Of a DNA stretch of 64,000 bases, positions 1 to 11,697 are shown piece after piece; position 1 is the stretch's first letter, and each line of letters begins with the position of its first letter. Source of the stretch: an uncultured Acidimicrobiia bacterium (GTDB taxonomy: Bacteria > Acidobacteriota > Terriglobia > Versatilivoradales > Versatilivoraceae); NCBI GenBank assembly GCA_963786955.1, contig CAWBAT010000003.1, positions 256,001-320,000 of the forward strand. Reading direction: 5' to 3'. Under the pieces are notes generated by a model, which was not told the DNA's origin, made no database searches, and worked only from the letters and a program-made list of their open reading frames with translations. The translations under genes and the position numbers were made by a program.

Positions 1-494
1 GATTGAGAGCCTCAAGCGTCGCGGACTTAAGCAGTTTAATCAGTTGATAAAGAACCTTTTGATCGGTGGGGTCTTCCTCAAGCAGGATTTCATATTGTCG
101 TCAGCGCGTCGGATTGGCGATGCAAAGAGCTGATAAGCCATGGCCGCATAGTAGCGAGCTCGGCGGTATTTGGGTTGGCCTCCAGTCTCCTTGTTAAATG
201 CGTCTATAGCTTTTTCGAACTGATTGATCCCAGAGTAGGAAAGCCAAGATAGAAGTTGACTTCGGGATACTGAGGGGCCTGTTGCAATACTTTGTGGAAG
301 GTGTCGATGGATTCCTGAAATTTCATTTGGGTCTGATAGATAAGCCCCAGCCGTTTAAGAGTTCGGGTTGTTGGGGAAAGTTCGCCGCGGCCTCTACATA
401 AATTTTCTCCGCGCCTGCAAAATCCGAACGGTGTCTCCATTTCCTTGGCCAGACGAAAATAATCCTCAAGGCTTTTAGAAACAGCCTGGGCCAT
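1..494 (-). CDS. Tetratricopeptide-repeat protein, partial (runs off the left edge, frameshifted)
   Basis: ORF 204..494 has TPR-like helices (LKRLGLIYQTQMKFQESIDTFHKVLQQAPQYPEVNFYLG). Similar coding appears to continue in other frames towards base 1. Confidence 0.6.
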
Positions 495-810
495 TGCTTA
501 CTGCGGGGAAAAAGTAGGGGGAGAAGACAAGGAAGGGTACAGAAAAATCGGAATTAAGGGTCGATGAAATCTTCGGCTAAACACAATTCAAATTATCATG
601 GGAATCAAAGAATTTGCAAGATCGAATTGAGCGAGGGTTCTGCCAGAGATACTGAGAAAGTAAGTTATTCAGCGGGTTGGGCGTTTTTGGACATTTGTGA
701 AGGCCAGAGGCCTACATCACAACCTTGTGGCGCAGGCGCCCCGCCCACCTTCTGAAGATGTGCCTATAGGTGGGTAGGCTCCTAGCCGAGCGCGCCGGAT
801 TGAAGAAATC

Positions 811-1112
811 CTCTCGCCAAGACGCAGAGGACCCCAAGCTGTCGGGGGGAACCAGATTCGGACGGATCGTTGTAGATCCCGCCATGTGGTCCACCGAGGA
901 CTCGGACCAGAGCTATTTGAAACCGGTCGTACTTTGCAGAAGCCTTAATGAAGGACGGCACCACCCGAATCGTCAAAGTGCCTTGATCCTTCAGAAAGGA
1001 CTCAAAAGAAATTGTCTTTGACAGACCTAGTCCACTTAGCAAAGCAATTATGATGCCTGTTTGCAAATTGTTGCGCCCTTATTTGGTTCTAGTCTGTCCT
1101 CTGCGTCCTAGG
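811..1112. repeat. Diverged copy of the ~210-300 bp TIR-bounded element found at 4449-4661 and 4857-5068
   Basis: Begins ctctcgccaagacgcagagg and ends cctctgcgtcc. 971-1110 (gtcaaagtgcctt...aagaaattgtctttgacagac...ccacttagc...ggttcta...cctctgcgtcc) aligns by eye with 4509-4645. Confidence 0.7.
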
Positions 1113-1167
1113 AGTTTGACGAATATGATTTTCGTTTAATTTCAATAATCCGCAATGGAGGTGCGGA

Positions 1168-4100
1168 ATGGATCGAAGAGAATTCCTACAAGCTGGCTTG
1201 ATATCCGCGGCTTGTCCGCTGGGAAGTCACTTCAATTGGGAGATTCCAAGCGGTTAAAAAAATTCCAAGTCGGGGAATCAATGGCAATCTTGATCTGACC
1301 AACGATGAGCTAGACTGGCGTCTCGCATGGGACGAAAATGGTTTGAAAAGCACGGGCTTCGTCAATAAACTCACGGGCCGCCCCTTCCTGTTCTCCTCAG
1401 CAGAGGAAATTTGCCTTGACATTCTCGGCCTCCAAGGTGCGAATTGAAATTCCTTGGTGGAAGTTTCGTCTTTGGTCCAGACGATCATCCTGTTGCCCGC
1501 GAGCAGGAGCAAGGATTGAAGCGAGGCTTTCATCTTAAGAACGAGCCCGATGCAAGTTGGGGAGCAACCGAGAATTTATTATTGAGAAAGCTTCGCGGCG
1601 CTGGGGAGTCACAAAGAGATTCCAGTACGATGGATACGGCTGGTTCCGTCATTGGTTTGCGCTGCCACAGGAGGGACAGGGAGAAAAAATCTTCTTCGTC
1701 CTGGGTGGATATGACTGCCAGGATTGGAACGAATACTGGATCTACGTGAATGGTGAGGAAATAGGACACAGAACTTCAGAGGGCCGATGGCGACAGCCAG
1801 GCCAGTTTGTCCTTGCCCCGGAATGCCGGGATATTCGGCACTTATTTTGGTCCTGGTGGACAAAAATCTCTTGGCCATCCGAACCCGTGGATTTGATAAA
1901 AGCTTTGGTGGTTACAGCGAGGAGATTTTACGAAAATACGTTTATAAACCCGTCCTTGTGGATCAGTATATTTCGGTCGGACAGCCTTTCATTCGGCTCA
2001 CCGATTTTCAGGTAAAGAAGTCTCTCAACAGAGCTGGAAAATCAAGTCAGAGTTCGAACTCTTCAGCCCGTCCTTGTCCGTCTTCGTTTCTGCCCGCTAC
2101 ACGCTCAACGGCCCTCTCCGGCGCAAATCATTGGTGATCAAAAACCATGGTGACAAGGATCTTCTCCTTTTGGATGTCGGTCTCGACAACTTCTCTCTTA
2201 ACGTTCCCACCTCAGAAGGAGGATCTGGGGAGCCTTTATTCATTGACGGCGAAGCGTTCTGCGCCATTGAACATCCAGCGGGATTGAACCAAGGGGGTAA
2301 AGGCAGCGTCAAACTCACACATTATCCTGGGATCCATTTGCCTTCCGGGGGCCACGTCCTCAGTCACGCAGCCTTATTGGGGGTTTCCAACACAGGTGAA
2401 ACATTCAATCATTTCACGTCTTATTTACAGGCCAACAGTCCCCGGAAGAAGAAATTCCTCTCCGTGTATGATCCCTTTGGCATGAACAACCAATGGGGAT
2501 GGTGCCCGACCCTCAATGACCTTGAAATGCTGAATGGCTTGAAGGTTTTGGAAGAATGGCAAAAGCAAGGAATCCATTTTGACTATTACGTTCCGGACTG
2601 GGGATGGTTGGATAACAGCTCGGACTTGACAAGGTTCAGACCAGAATGTTTTCCCGAAGGGCCACGTAAGGTTGTCGGATCGTGTCAACGCTCTCGGAAC
2701 CAACTTTGGATTGTGGTTTTCGGTCAGTAACGCGGCGGTATCCTGCGGGGAGTACCCGCCTGTTGAGCCCAGCCGGGTGCCGATTCCTGGAGGCCCGGCT
2801 CAGCCGGCGCCTCCGGTGCAGGCTTACAGAAATGGATATCTTGCCAGGGAGAATTTGAATGGCAACCTATGTGTGGCGTCAGAGCCTTATTTCACGATCC
2901 TCAAAAATGCGATTCTTTATCATATCCGCGAGAACAACCTCAAGCTCGTGAAATTAGACATGGGGAGCTATTACTGCAACAGTTCCGAGCACAACCATTT
3001 GCCGGGAAAATTCTCTGTTGAGAAGATGCATGATCGTCTGATCGAATTGGCCCAGCGCCGCGCGATAAGCCGAACCTGAAATTTGTATCGTATGGTATTG
3101 GGGTGTACGGTCCCCGTTTTTCGCATTATACGGGGACTTCATATTTGAATCGGGATTATTTATGGAAGGTTCGGGAACGAGCTGGGTCCCTACTTTGTAT
3201 TACCGCGACTCGGTCACCCTGAACCTGGACATGAGTACGCAGTTTGCAAAAACCATTCCTTCAATCAATAAGGACAGCCTCGGAGTATGGCTCGCAGAGA
3301 ATCGCTGGGGGAATTTCATGGCCCATGAGCGCTGGCGGGAGGCTTTGGTTATGGATCTGGGGCGGGGAAGTCTATTGTTCCCTCAACTGTGGGGGAGACA
3401 TATACCTTCTCGACCAGGAGGATCTCGTTTTTCTGGGGGAGATGCAGTCACTCTCCAGGAAGAACGAATCTCTCTTCCTCCAACGGCGGCATCATTGGGG
3501 TGATCCCTGGAAGAATGAGATCTACGGATACACTTATTTTCAGGGAACGCACGGTTTTGTGTTTCTAAGCAATGTCCACTTCATGGCGCGCAAAGTGGTG
3601 TTGCCACTTGGGCCAACTCTCGGCTTGAAAGCAGAATCAGGCAAAAGTGTCGAACTCATCAGCCATTTCCCGGAGAAGAAAAGAATGATGCGTCAAGATG
3701 GGACGGATTACCGCACAGGGGAATCCGCCGAGTTATGGTTGCGCCCGTTTGAAGTTTTGATGATCGAGGTTTTTCCCTGCGAAACCGGGGACAAGATCCC
3801 CAGGCTGCCGCACGAGACATCTATTCTTCAACAGGCGTCCAACATGGCTACTCCTCTCGCTCTTCATCGGCTCGCTCAGGAAGAGGATTGGATGCGGATG
3901 GAGTTTGCCGATGCAAAGCGATTTGAGGCCCAAGGGAAGAGAAAGAAGGTCTTTTCATTTGCAACCGAGTTTGATTCACTGGAAGGGAAACAGGCCGTAC
4001 TGGCAATCTCCATCCGATTGAGGGCGGGGATGGAAGACTGGCGTTATGCGCCTTCCGTTGCCGAAATCGTCCAGGTCGTGGCGCGACTGGGCAACCAAAC

Positions 4101-4345
4101 TGCTCCATCTCATTCCCGTTCCAGATGCGAGACAGTTTGGCAATACTCAAAGCGCCGGGGGGTCTTGGGTGGTCTATAAATGCAGGTTGAGTCTGCAGGC
4201 AGTTCCTTCGGAGTTTCGGTTCGCCGTTCACTGTTACTTGCCGGAGCATGTCGTTCCGGAGATCGAAGGCTGGTTCCTGAGCCAGTGGTGGGAGGAGCGA
4301 AGTCGGCCCGTAGCGGAAGGTTTTTACGCAGATAGCCCTTCCTAG
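1168..4345 (+). CDS. Large Tat-exported glycoside hydrolase-like protein (GH36/alpha-galactosidase-like TIM barrel), split by several frameshifts
   Basis: ATG at 1168 follows GGAGG and gives MDRREFLQAG (twin-arginine signal). Consecutive overlapping + ORFs (1557, 1787, 2074, 2672, 3162, 3244, 4046) carry FDYYVPDWGW and LVKLD, resembling the GH27/36 D-x-GW and K-x-D motifs. Confidence 0.55.
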
Positions 4346-4366
4346 ATTGTCACTTTGTCTGGGAGC

Positions 4367-5068
4367 GCTCTTACGGAGCTTCTGGACTTTTCCGGTATTA
4401 GGCTATAGACAGGAGGCTCCTGACGGAGCCGGCTTGTAAACAACAGTGCTCTCGCCAAGAGGCCAAGTGCGCAAAGAACCGCAGTAGATTCCTTTCAGGC
4501 CATTGACTGTCAAAGTGCCTTCATCCTCCAGTAAGGCTTAAGAAGAAATTGTCTTTGACAGACATAACCCACTTAGCGAAGCATGGCAAAGTCTGTGCAC
4601 AAGATGATGCGACCGATCTGGTTCTAATCCATCCTCTGCGTCCTTCGCGCCTTGGCGAGAGGATTTTCCTTAATATTCAAAACAGATTGTGAGTCAGGAA
4701 CAGAGCCGCATAGCGCGACCTGTTTTCGATTCAGTAGTCAGGGCGGTCTCGCTGAGACCGCCGTCCACAGGCCTCTCCTACGGAGCTTCTGGACCTTTTC
4801 CGGTATTAGGCTATAAACACGAGGCTCCTGACGGAGCCGGCTTATAAACAACAGTGCTCTCGCCAAGAGGCCAAGTGCGCAAAGAACCGCAGTAGATTCC
4901 TTTCAGGCCATTGACTGTCAAAGTGCCTTCATCCTCCAGTAAGGCTTAACAAGAAATTGTCTTTGACAGACATAACCCACTTAGCGAAGCATGGCAAAGT
5001 CCGTTCACAAGATGATGCGACTGATCTGGTTCTAATCCATCCTCTGCGTCCTTCGCGCCTTGGCGAGA
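4367..5068. repeat. Tandem duplication (408-bp offset) of a unit made of a REP doublet plus a 213-bp element with terminal inverted repeats
   Basis: 4372-4661 and 4779-5068 are near-identical. Each has gctc(c)t..cggagc REPs followed by ctctcgccaag...cttggcgaga(g) termini (4449-4661, 4857-5068). Confidence 0.9.
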
Positions 5069-5115
5069 AGTTTCTCTTTATTATTAAATATAATGTTATT
5101 AAATCAAGAGCCCAA

Positions 5116-6207
5116 TTAATACGTCCCATACTTATGAAATGCATTAATCATGGCAATGAAGTTCTCATGCGGAATGTAATTGATGATGCTATGGCTGCTG
5201 CCTGCGACCCATCGTCCACCGGGCTTGAGGACATCCATATGCGCGCAGACATCGCGCTCCACATCGGCAGGAGTCCCCTGGACAAGCGGCCAAGTTATGT
5301 CTATGTTTCCGAACAAGGTAAGCTGAGAGCCATAGCGCTTCTTGTAATCTCTGTAGTCAATGCCCGACGGGTCCATGGGAGTGATGCCATCAACCCCCAT
5401 TTCCAGGAGCATTTCAATGCCGTCATCGATTTTCCCGTCGGAGTGGAACATGATGGGAATCTTGGCCTCTCGAGCCGGCGCCAATAAGCGATCATAATGA
5501 GGACGCCAGATCTGTTTGAAGATGTGCGGTCGAACGAAGAGTCCGGATTTCAGTGCAAAGTCATCCGCAGCGAATAAGACATCAATGCCTTCCCGGACTG
5601 CTCCCTTAGCAAGCTCAGCGAAATAATCGGCCGACCGTCGAAGCATTTCCTCCAGCAGGTCAGGCTCTTCCATCACCATGACCATGCAGTCCACAAAACC
5701 GACGACAAACTCATAGATGGTTTGGAAGATACAACCAAAGAGAAAAATGACACCAATATTGCTTCCTTTGGCTGCCGCTACATAGTCACGCACATACTGC
5801 AGGCGTTCCTCAATTTCTTCCTTGCCCGGCCAAATGATGCGCTCAAAATCAGCTCGAGTCTTAATACTTCGGTTTGTAATTGGGCCAATGGTTCCGTCTG
5901 GACGAATGTGTTTCAAGGGAGTCCAGATGGCTTCAAGAGCAATGGCGTCTTGACCGAGCAGACGGCAAAGTTCTATGTAATCTTTCGGGAACATGGGGCG
6001 TGCTCCTTCCGCGGCTGCAGCGCCCTTGGCAGGATCTCCTCCTATCCCCAAAGTATTACCGGCATACCGGCCGAGCAACTTCTCAACATGCTGGTCTTCA
6101 TCGAGAATTTCGAAATGGGGGACCCGGTCAGTCTTTTCGCCCTGAAGGGCGGCAATGAGCCGGCCGATATGGGGCTCCCCGGAATACGGTTCAATTCTAA
6201 GCATCAT
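5116..6207 (-). CDS. Uroporphyrinogen decarboxylase (URO-D)/MtaA-CmuA-like family protein
   Basis: DRVP near the N-terminus, ADD, FHSDG, LFGNID, GGRWVAGSSHSI...PHEN. Start set at MMLRIEP after a GGAG RBS. Confidence 0.85.
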   Translation of the reverse strand: MMLRIEPYSGEPHIGRLIAALQGEKTDRVPHFEILDEDQHVEKLLGRYAGNTLGIGGDPAKGAAAAEGARPMFPKDYIELCRLLGQDAIALEAIWTPLKHIRPDGTIGPITNRSIKTRADFERIIWPGKEEIEERLQYVRDYVAAAKGSNIGVIFLFGCIFQTIYEFVVGFVDCMVMVMEEPDLLEEMLRRSADYFAELAKGAVREGIDVLFAADDFALKSGLFVRPHIFKQIWRPHYDRLLAPAREAKIPIMFHSDGKIDDGIEMLLEMGVDGITPMDPSGIDYRDYKKRYGSQLTLFGNIDITWPLVQGTPADVERDVCAHMDVLKPGGRWVAGSSHSIINYIPHENFIAMINAFHKYGTY

Positions 6208-6218
6208 TTGCTCCCTTT

Positions 6219-7196
6219 TTAATGAATCATGGCCTGCCGGACGAGACTCGATGCCGTACAAGCATCTGCGCTTCGGATAGCTTCCTTAAATTTGTCCATT
6301 CCAACCCGATCTACCGCCTTGAAAAAGCCGGTCATCCATTCCCGGCACTCTGTTGCTGCGCGGACTCCATCCTCCCGATAGGGGAAGATATCTAGTGTCA
6401 ACCAGCCCTTATAATCGAGCCTCTTGAGCCAATAGACCAGTTCCAGATACTCGACCAAATGAACCGAGCCCACCATCATGTCGTCATCCCAGCTTCGATA
6501 GTTGTCGTTCAAGTGAATATAATCGAGCTTGCCAAAAGAGCTGAGCAGTGCAGCGGCTTCAGCCACATTCTCTCCGGCAGCCAGGGAGTGGCCGACATCC
6601 AGTAATACTCCCACCTTCTCCAGTCCTTGGAGAAGCACAAGAGCTTTGGCCGCGGAGTTGACAAAACAATGGGTCCGGGGTTCCTTTGCTTTATATTCGA
6701 CTAAAACCCGTACCTTGCGAGTGTGTTCGGAACAAGCCGAGAGCCCATCGCGCAGCCATTTCCAGGAATCCAGATAGTCTGACTGAAAAGAGTAATCGAA
6801 ACCGTCCTGTCCCGGCCAGACATCGACAAACGGGCATTCGAGTTCTGCGGCCCAATCCATGACTTTTTTGACTTCATCTACCGCAGCTTGACGCGTTTTT
6901 GCATCTGGCGCCGCAAGACTTCCTTTTCCCCACTTAGCCTGTGTCCAAAGATCCGGAGTGAGCATACACAACTTCAGCCCCCGCTCATTGAACATCCTGG
7001 CTACGTCCCGGATATTCTGGTCATTGACATGCCAGTTGCCGACCAATTCCAATCCATCCATTCCTGTAACTTTGGTCGCCAGGTCCAGCATCTCCTCCAT
7101 ATTCTTTCCGCCTCCGCCATACCCACTCAAACAAAATCGATCTGCACAATTTCCAAAAGTGGGTAAACACGCGCCAAAGAAATGATTCGAAATCAT
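6219..7196 (-). CDS. Xylose-isomerase-like (TIM barrel) sugar isomerase
   Basis: WPGQDG, EYKAKEPR, LDVGH and HLNDNYRSWDDD match the xylose/L-rhamnose isomerase metal-site pattern. Confidence 0.85.
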   Translation of the reverse strand: MISNHFFGACLPTFGNCADRFCLSGYGGGGKNMEEMLDLATKVTGMDGLELVGNWHVNDQNIRDVARMFNERGLKLCMLTPDLWTQAKWGKGSLAAPDAKTRQAAVDEVKKVMDWAAELECPFVDVWPGQDGFDYSFQSDYLDSWKWLRDGLSACSEHTRKVRVLVEYKAKEPRTHCFVNSAAKALVLLQGLEKVGVLLDVGHSLAAGENVAEAAALLSSFGKLDYIHLNDNYRSWDDDMMVGSVHLVEYLELVYWLKRLDYKGWLTLDIFPYREDGVRAATECREWMTGFFKAVDRVGMDKFKEAIRSADACTASSLVRQAMIH

Positions 7197-7325
7197 GGTA
7201 GTCCTCCAATCGAATTTGTAGGGGCGAAGCATTCGACGGTAAGATTAAGGGAATGATCGACAATCATCATCGAATTGCTTCGCCCTACGGATGGTTTTGC
7301 TCGGCGAGAAAAGTTCAATTACGAA

Positions 7326-8859
7326 TCAGTAGGCGTCACGGAGCTCCGCCCTGCAAGCCTCTTCTGGTCGTTGGAAGTCACACCAGTTTTGTCCGCCTGC
7401 CTCCACCAGGCGAAGATATTTTCCATAATAATCCTGCCAGAGAGTGCGATCTTTCGGTTCGTATTCCACCAGGTTTGACGAGGAACGAACGACCTGGCGA
7501 ATTTCATCCGGAGAGCTGAGACAGCCAAGGGCGAAGGCTTGCACCATGATGTTTCCCGCCACGGTAGCTTCTGCAGGGCCCGCCACGACGCGAAGGCCGG
7601 TCGCATTGGCGGTAAGCTGGCAGAGGAGTGTGTTCTTCGATCCGCCCCCCACAATGTGCAGGACAGCAAATGAGCTCCCCAGCATTGCACCCAGCTGATC
7701 CAGTTTATGCCGATAGGCTAGTGCCAGACTTTCCAGAATACAGCGCGTTACCTCACCTGGACCCTGGGGTATCGGTTGAGCCGTTTGTTGACAGTAGCGC
7801 AGAATGGCGTGCAACATCTCTTCAGGAGCCAGAAACCGAATGTCATCTGGATCAATGAAAGCCAAACCTCCGGGAGCCTCAACGGCAAGGCAGGTCAGTT
7901 CCGGGTAGGAATGTTGATCGACCCTGGCGTTGCCAGCCTGCACGGGCTTGTTGAAGCATCCAGAGTCCCATGATATTTCGACACAAAAAGAAACTCTGTA
8001 AAGTCAATTCATTGAAGACCCCGGCCGAGAAAGCGGCGGGTGAAGTGACCACTTCAGGGGTCAGCGCACCCAGGATGGACCAGGTTCCAGAGCTCAGAAA
8101 GGCCCAATCCTTACCTTGAGCCGGCACTGCAGCCACAGCGGAGGCCGTGTCGTGGGTACAGGGAGAAATCACCCGCCCCCGCTTCACTCCCGTGTTCTTG
8201 CTGACAGAGTCACGAACCTCTCCTAAGATAGTCCCTGGGTTGACGAGGTCCGGGAGAAGCCGGACAGGAAGACCAGTTTGTTCACGACTTCATGATTCCA
8301 CTCATGATTCCAAGGGTCGTAAAGCTGGGTCGTAATGGCGTTGGTGCGCTCGCAGCTTTTCCGGCCAGTCAGGAAGTAAGCCAGCAGATCTGGCATCATG
8401 AGAAAAGCGGATGCGCAATCAAGCAGAGAGCTTTGCTGCAGACGCAAGGAGAGTAATTGGGCTGAAGTGTTGATCGGCAATAGCGACATGCCCGTTCGGC
8501 GGAAAAACTCCTCCAGAGCGATTCTCGACCGCACCACCTCAAGAATTTCTCGGTGCGACGGTCACGATGATGGACTGGGTTCTGCAGCAGATCACCGTTT
8601 TGGGTCAGAAGGCCAAAGTCTACTCCCCAAGTGTCGAACCCGATGCCATCCAGCAAGTCCCCGGAACGAGCCGAATACTCACTCATTCCCTTCAACACAT
8701 GGTTATACAGAGCGAGCATATCCCAATAGAGAGTCTGGTTCACCTGGACGGGTTCATTCGGGAAGCGATAGATTTCATCGAGGGTCAGCCGTCATCCTGC
8801 AAGTTGCCAAGAACGGCGCGGCCACTCTCTGCTCCAAGATCAAAGGCAAGAAATTTCAT
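7326..8859 (-). CDS. FGGY-family sugar kinase (rhamnulokinase-like), frameshifted
   Basis: Fragments MKFLAFDLGAESGR, GFDTWGVDFGLL, HDTASAV, SSGTWS, ESLALAY, IVGGGSKN and EATVAGN lie in successive frames. Confidence 0.9.
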
Positions 8860-8928
8860 GACCGCATCCCAGACAAGCGTATTCGTTAATCGCGTTAGGC
8901 TTGACGAATTTCGCTGAGAAATTTCTAG

Positions 8929-9072
8929 ATGGGGCGGTCTCACTGGACCGTCAATAATTCCCGACGATCTGTGCAGGCAGAGGCCCGCACCACAACCTTG
9001 TGGTGCAGGCGTCCTCGCCTGCCCCCAGCGGGCGAGGGTCGCCACTGCGGGCGTGGACGCCGGCGCTCCCAT
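8929..9072. repeat. Intergenic cluster of REP-like GC hairpins
   Basis: gcaggcagaggcccgcaccacaaccttgtggtgcaggcgtcctcgcctgc is an imperfect palindrome. A related sequence lies at 707-750. Confidence 0.55.
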
Positions 9073-9171
9073 GGGCTGATCCCTTCTAGCTCGTCCAAGT
9101 CAGATTTAACCCGCAAGGTCGAATGTCGCTTCGTTGTCAGGTTTCACCATTTCAAACCAAATCGCCTATAT

Positions 9172-10517
9172 TTAGTCAAATTTCATCGGCTTGGGATGGA
9201 ATTTGGGAGCGACACGGAGCCAGGGACTCTTGGGTCGCTCGATGTATCCCCATTTTTCCAATGCCCGACGAAGCTCTTTATTCTCGGGCTTCTTGGCGCA
9301 TTCTAGGAAATCCTGGTCCGACATCGTTGCTGCGATGGCTTGTTGCCAGGCTTTGGCTCCAGCGGTATACCCATCGGGATGGCCCAGCATACCCCCTCCG
9401 GCCGGGATCACGATGTCCGTGCCATATTCTCCCACCAGGATGGGGGTCAGTCCCGGGTACACCCCGCGCAAGGCATGGGAAACATGGGTTTGATGTGACC
9501 CAAGGGAGCCAGCTTGATATGGGAGGTGCGGATCCCTTCCTCCAGGCTCACCATGGGAATGCTCGACCAGAAGGTAGGAGTTAGCATCAAGTCAGCGCCG
9601 CATAGGCGAACGAGTTTGGCAAATACCGGCCAGGCGATTCTGGGCTGAGCCGCAATCATATGTGAGGCGTGGAATAAGATCGGAACGTTGATCGCAGGGT
9701 CCTCGGCCAATTGCCTGACAACCGGAAGACCCGCCGAGTAGCAAATTAACAAGCCCGTGGCTCCGAGTTCCACTGCCCGGGCTGCTTTATCGAAAACCCG
9801 ACGCGGTTCATCCGTGATACTCAGGAAGTAGAAGACTCGCTTGCCTGTCTTCGCTTCGGCCTTCTCCAAAGCGTCGCGCACCGCTTTGACGCGATCTTCA
9901 TATTTGCTGTTATACACGTCGCTCGTCATCTCGTCATCTTTCATCATGTCCACGCCACCCATCGCCGTCTGGTAGCATTGGTCTGCTACTTGCTTGGGTG
10001 TCATTCCCATCTTAGGCTTGATGATATGCAGGGAGAGCGGCCGTTTGGGGATCTTCAGTTCCTGGCGGATTCCCGGCACACCGAACTTGGGTCCCTTGAA
10101 CATGGCCAGCAGATCGTCCGGCAGGAAGACATCCAGAAGCCTTAATTTGGGGCTATAGGCAAAACAGTTTCCGGCGATGCTCAAAATCATCATGGGAACA
10201 TTGTCGATCCAGGCATCAATCGGAAACGCCAACTGGACTACGGCTAAACGGCGGTAGGCATTGCCCGTGGGAATCTCGTAGTAGCCAACCATCTTCCCGC
10301 TGAGTTTTCGCCGGACTTCATCGGTATCTTCTTCGACTTTTTCCCATGTTCCGGTCGAACCTTCGATGGCCATCGCCTGGATGAGAGCAAAGTGATCGAT
10401 GAAATCCTCTCCAGGCAACTCGTCATCCATGACATAAGTAGCGACAATGTGATTCGAGCGATTGATGCCGTCAAGAGCATGAACAAAAATATCGGGGTCG
10501 TAGTACTGTTTGAACAC
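9172..10517 (-). CDS. RuBisCO-like protein (form IV RLP) no. 1, one frameshift near 9465
   Basis: AIEGSTGTW, FKGPKFGVPGIR, IIKPKMG, GGVDMMKDDE. The C-terminus AGGGMLGHPDGYTAGAKA is in ORF 9172..9471. GTG start follows GGAGGA. Confidence 0.92.
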
Positions 10518-10555
10518 TGTATCCTCCTTTTGGAATGAGTTGCATGATAATGAAC

Positions 10556-11422
10556 TAGCTTTTCTCCACAAGCCCGCAGAATCTTTTGAGCTCTCTGCTC
10601 GGCCTCCGTTGCGAGTTTCTTTGCCTTGCCGCCGGCCCAGCTTCCCAAGATGAAGTGGATTGAGGCAATGATACAGAGTTGAGGAATGATGGAAGAGGAG
10701 ACAGCGGCATTGATGCGGTGCTCTCGAAAAGCCGTCAATAAACGGAAGTCGCTGGCCTCGGCCAGTGCAGACCGGGGATAGTTCGTGATGGCTACCGTCC
10801 GCGCCCCTCTCTTTCGAGCGGTCTGGATCGCTTCCACAATCTGTCGTGTCTTGCCCGTGTGACTGATGCCGATCGCCACATCTTTGGGACCCACGATCTC
10901 TGTGGCAAAGATTTGCGTGTAAGGGTCGGTGATGGCAATCGCTGTAAGTCCGAGACTCATCAAAACCTCTTCCCCCCGGCGAGCGACCAAAGCTGACGAG
11001 CCAAGGCCTAGGATGATGATTTTCCGGCTTCGGTAAATATGCCGGGCTACCTCGGTCAGCTCCACCTCATTCAGCATCTTTTCCGTATCAGTAAGGCCCT
11101 GGCGGTTATATTCAAACACGCCGTGGAGGATACTCCTGGGGGTTGCGCCTTCAACAAATTCTTCCAAAGTAACCACATGGGTGCTGGCTATAGAGGCCGC
11201 CAAATCCAATTGAAATTCCCGATAGCCCTCGTAACCCAAGCCTCGGCAGAATCGATAGACGGTTGCCGGACTCGACCCACAAATTTGGGCCAGCGCATCA
11301 ATGGACAAATTCCGGACACGGAGAGGAGACTTCAGAACTACTTGGCCGATACGCGTTGCCGCACCCGATTTGTTTTGGAGGCTGGATCGAATCCTGAGGA
11401 GACAGGAACCATTGGTGCTCAT
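10556..11422 (-). CDS. RpiR/MurR-family transcriptional regulator (HTH + SIS)
   Basis: SPATVYRFCRGLGYEGYREF HTH, GLGSS and ISHTGKT. The called ORF runs on to 10244, probably because a lost A removes a TAG near 10556, so the end is approximate. Confidence 0.88.
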
Positions 11423-11457
11423 GATCCTCCTGCTTCAACTAAAACCTGTTACTTTTA

Positions 11458-11505
11458 TATAAAATTTATTTCATCCAATCAAGGACATTATAAAATTTTT
11501 TTTCA
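11458..11505. promoter_or_regulatory. Candidate tandem operator for the RpiR regulator
   Basis: Two AT-rich imperfect palindromes in direct repeat (tataaaatttatttca; tataaaattttttttca) lie just upstream of the regulator/RLP operon. Confidence 0.45.
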
Positions 11506-11697
11506 CCAGTAGATCCTTGTGATTCGAGGTCGCTCAGTCCATCTAGCGCGATTGTCTTCTTAAGACCGCGCCTGCTCGTGGAATCCACTAACTACAGCGA
11601 AGTCCAGCGAACTCCTCTCCAATTTGTCACCCGACGTATGCTAAAATCAGAGTGGCGATTTTCGAAGAGACTGAATTAGAATTTCGCAAAACGGGCG

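Noticed and set aside
5116-6207. hemE for heme biosynthesis
   Set aside because: Lacks the HemE W.MRQAGR signature and sits in a sugar operon.
9172-10517. True CO2-fixing RuBisCO (rbcL/cbbM)
   Set aside because: Loop-6 Lys, R295 and H327 equivalents are missing, and there is no small subunit or phosphoribulokinase nearby.
10244-11422. 392-aa RpiR with a long C-terminal extension overlapping the RLP
   Set aside because: The extension is best explained by a one-base deletion in an A-run before a stop near 10556.
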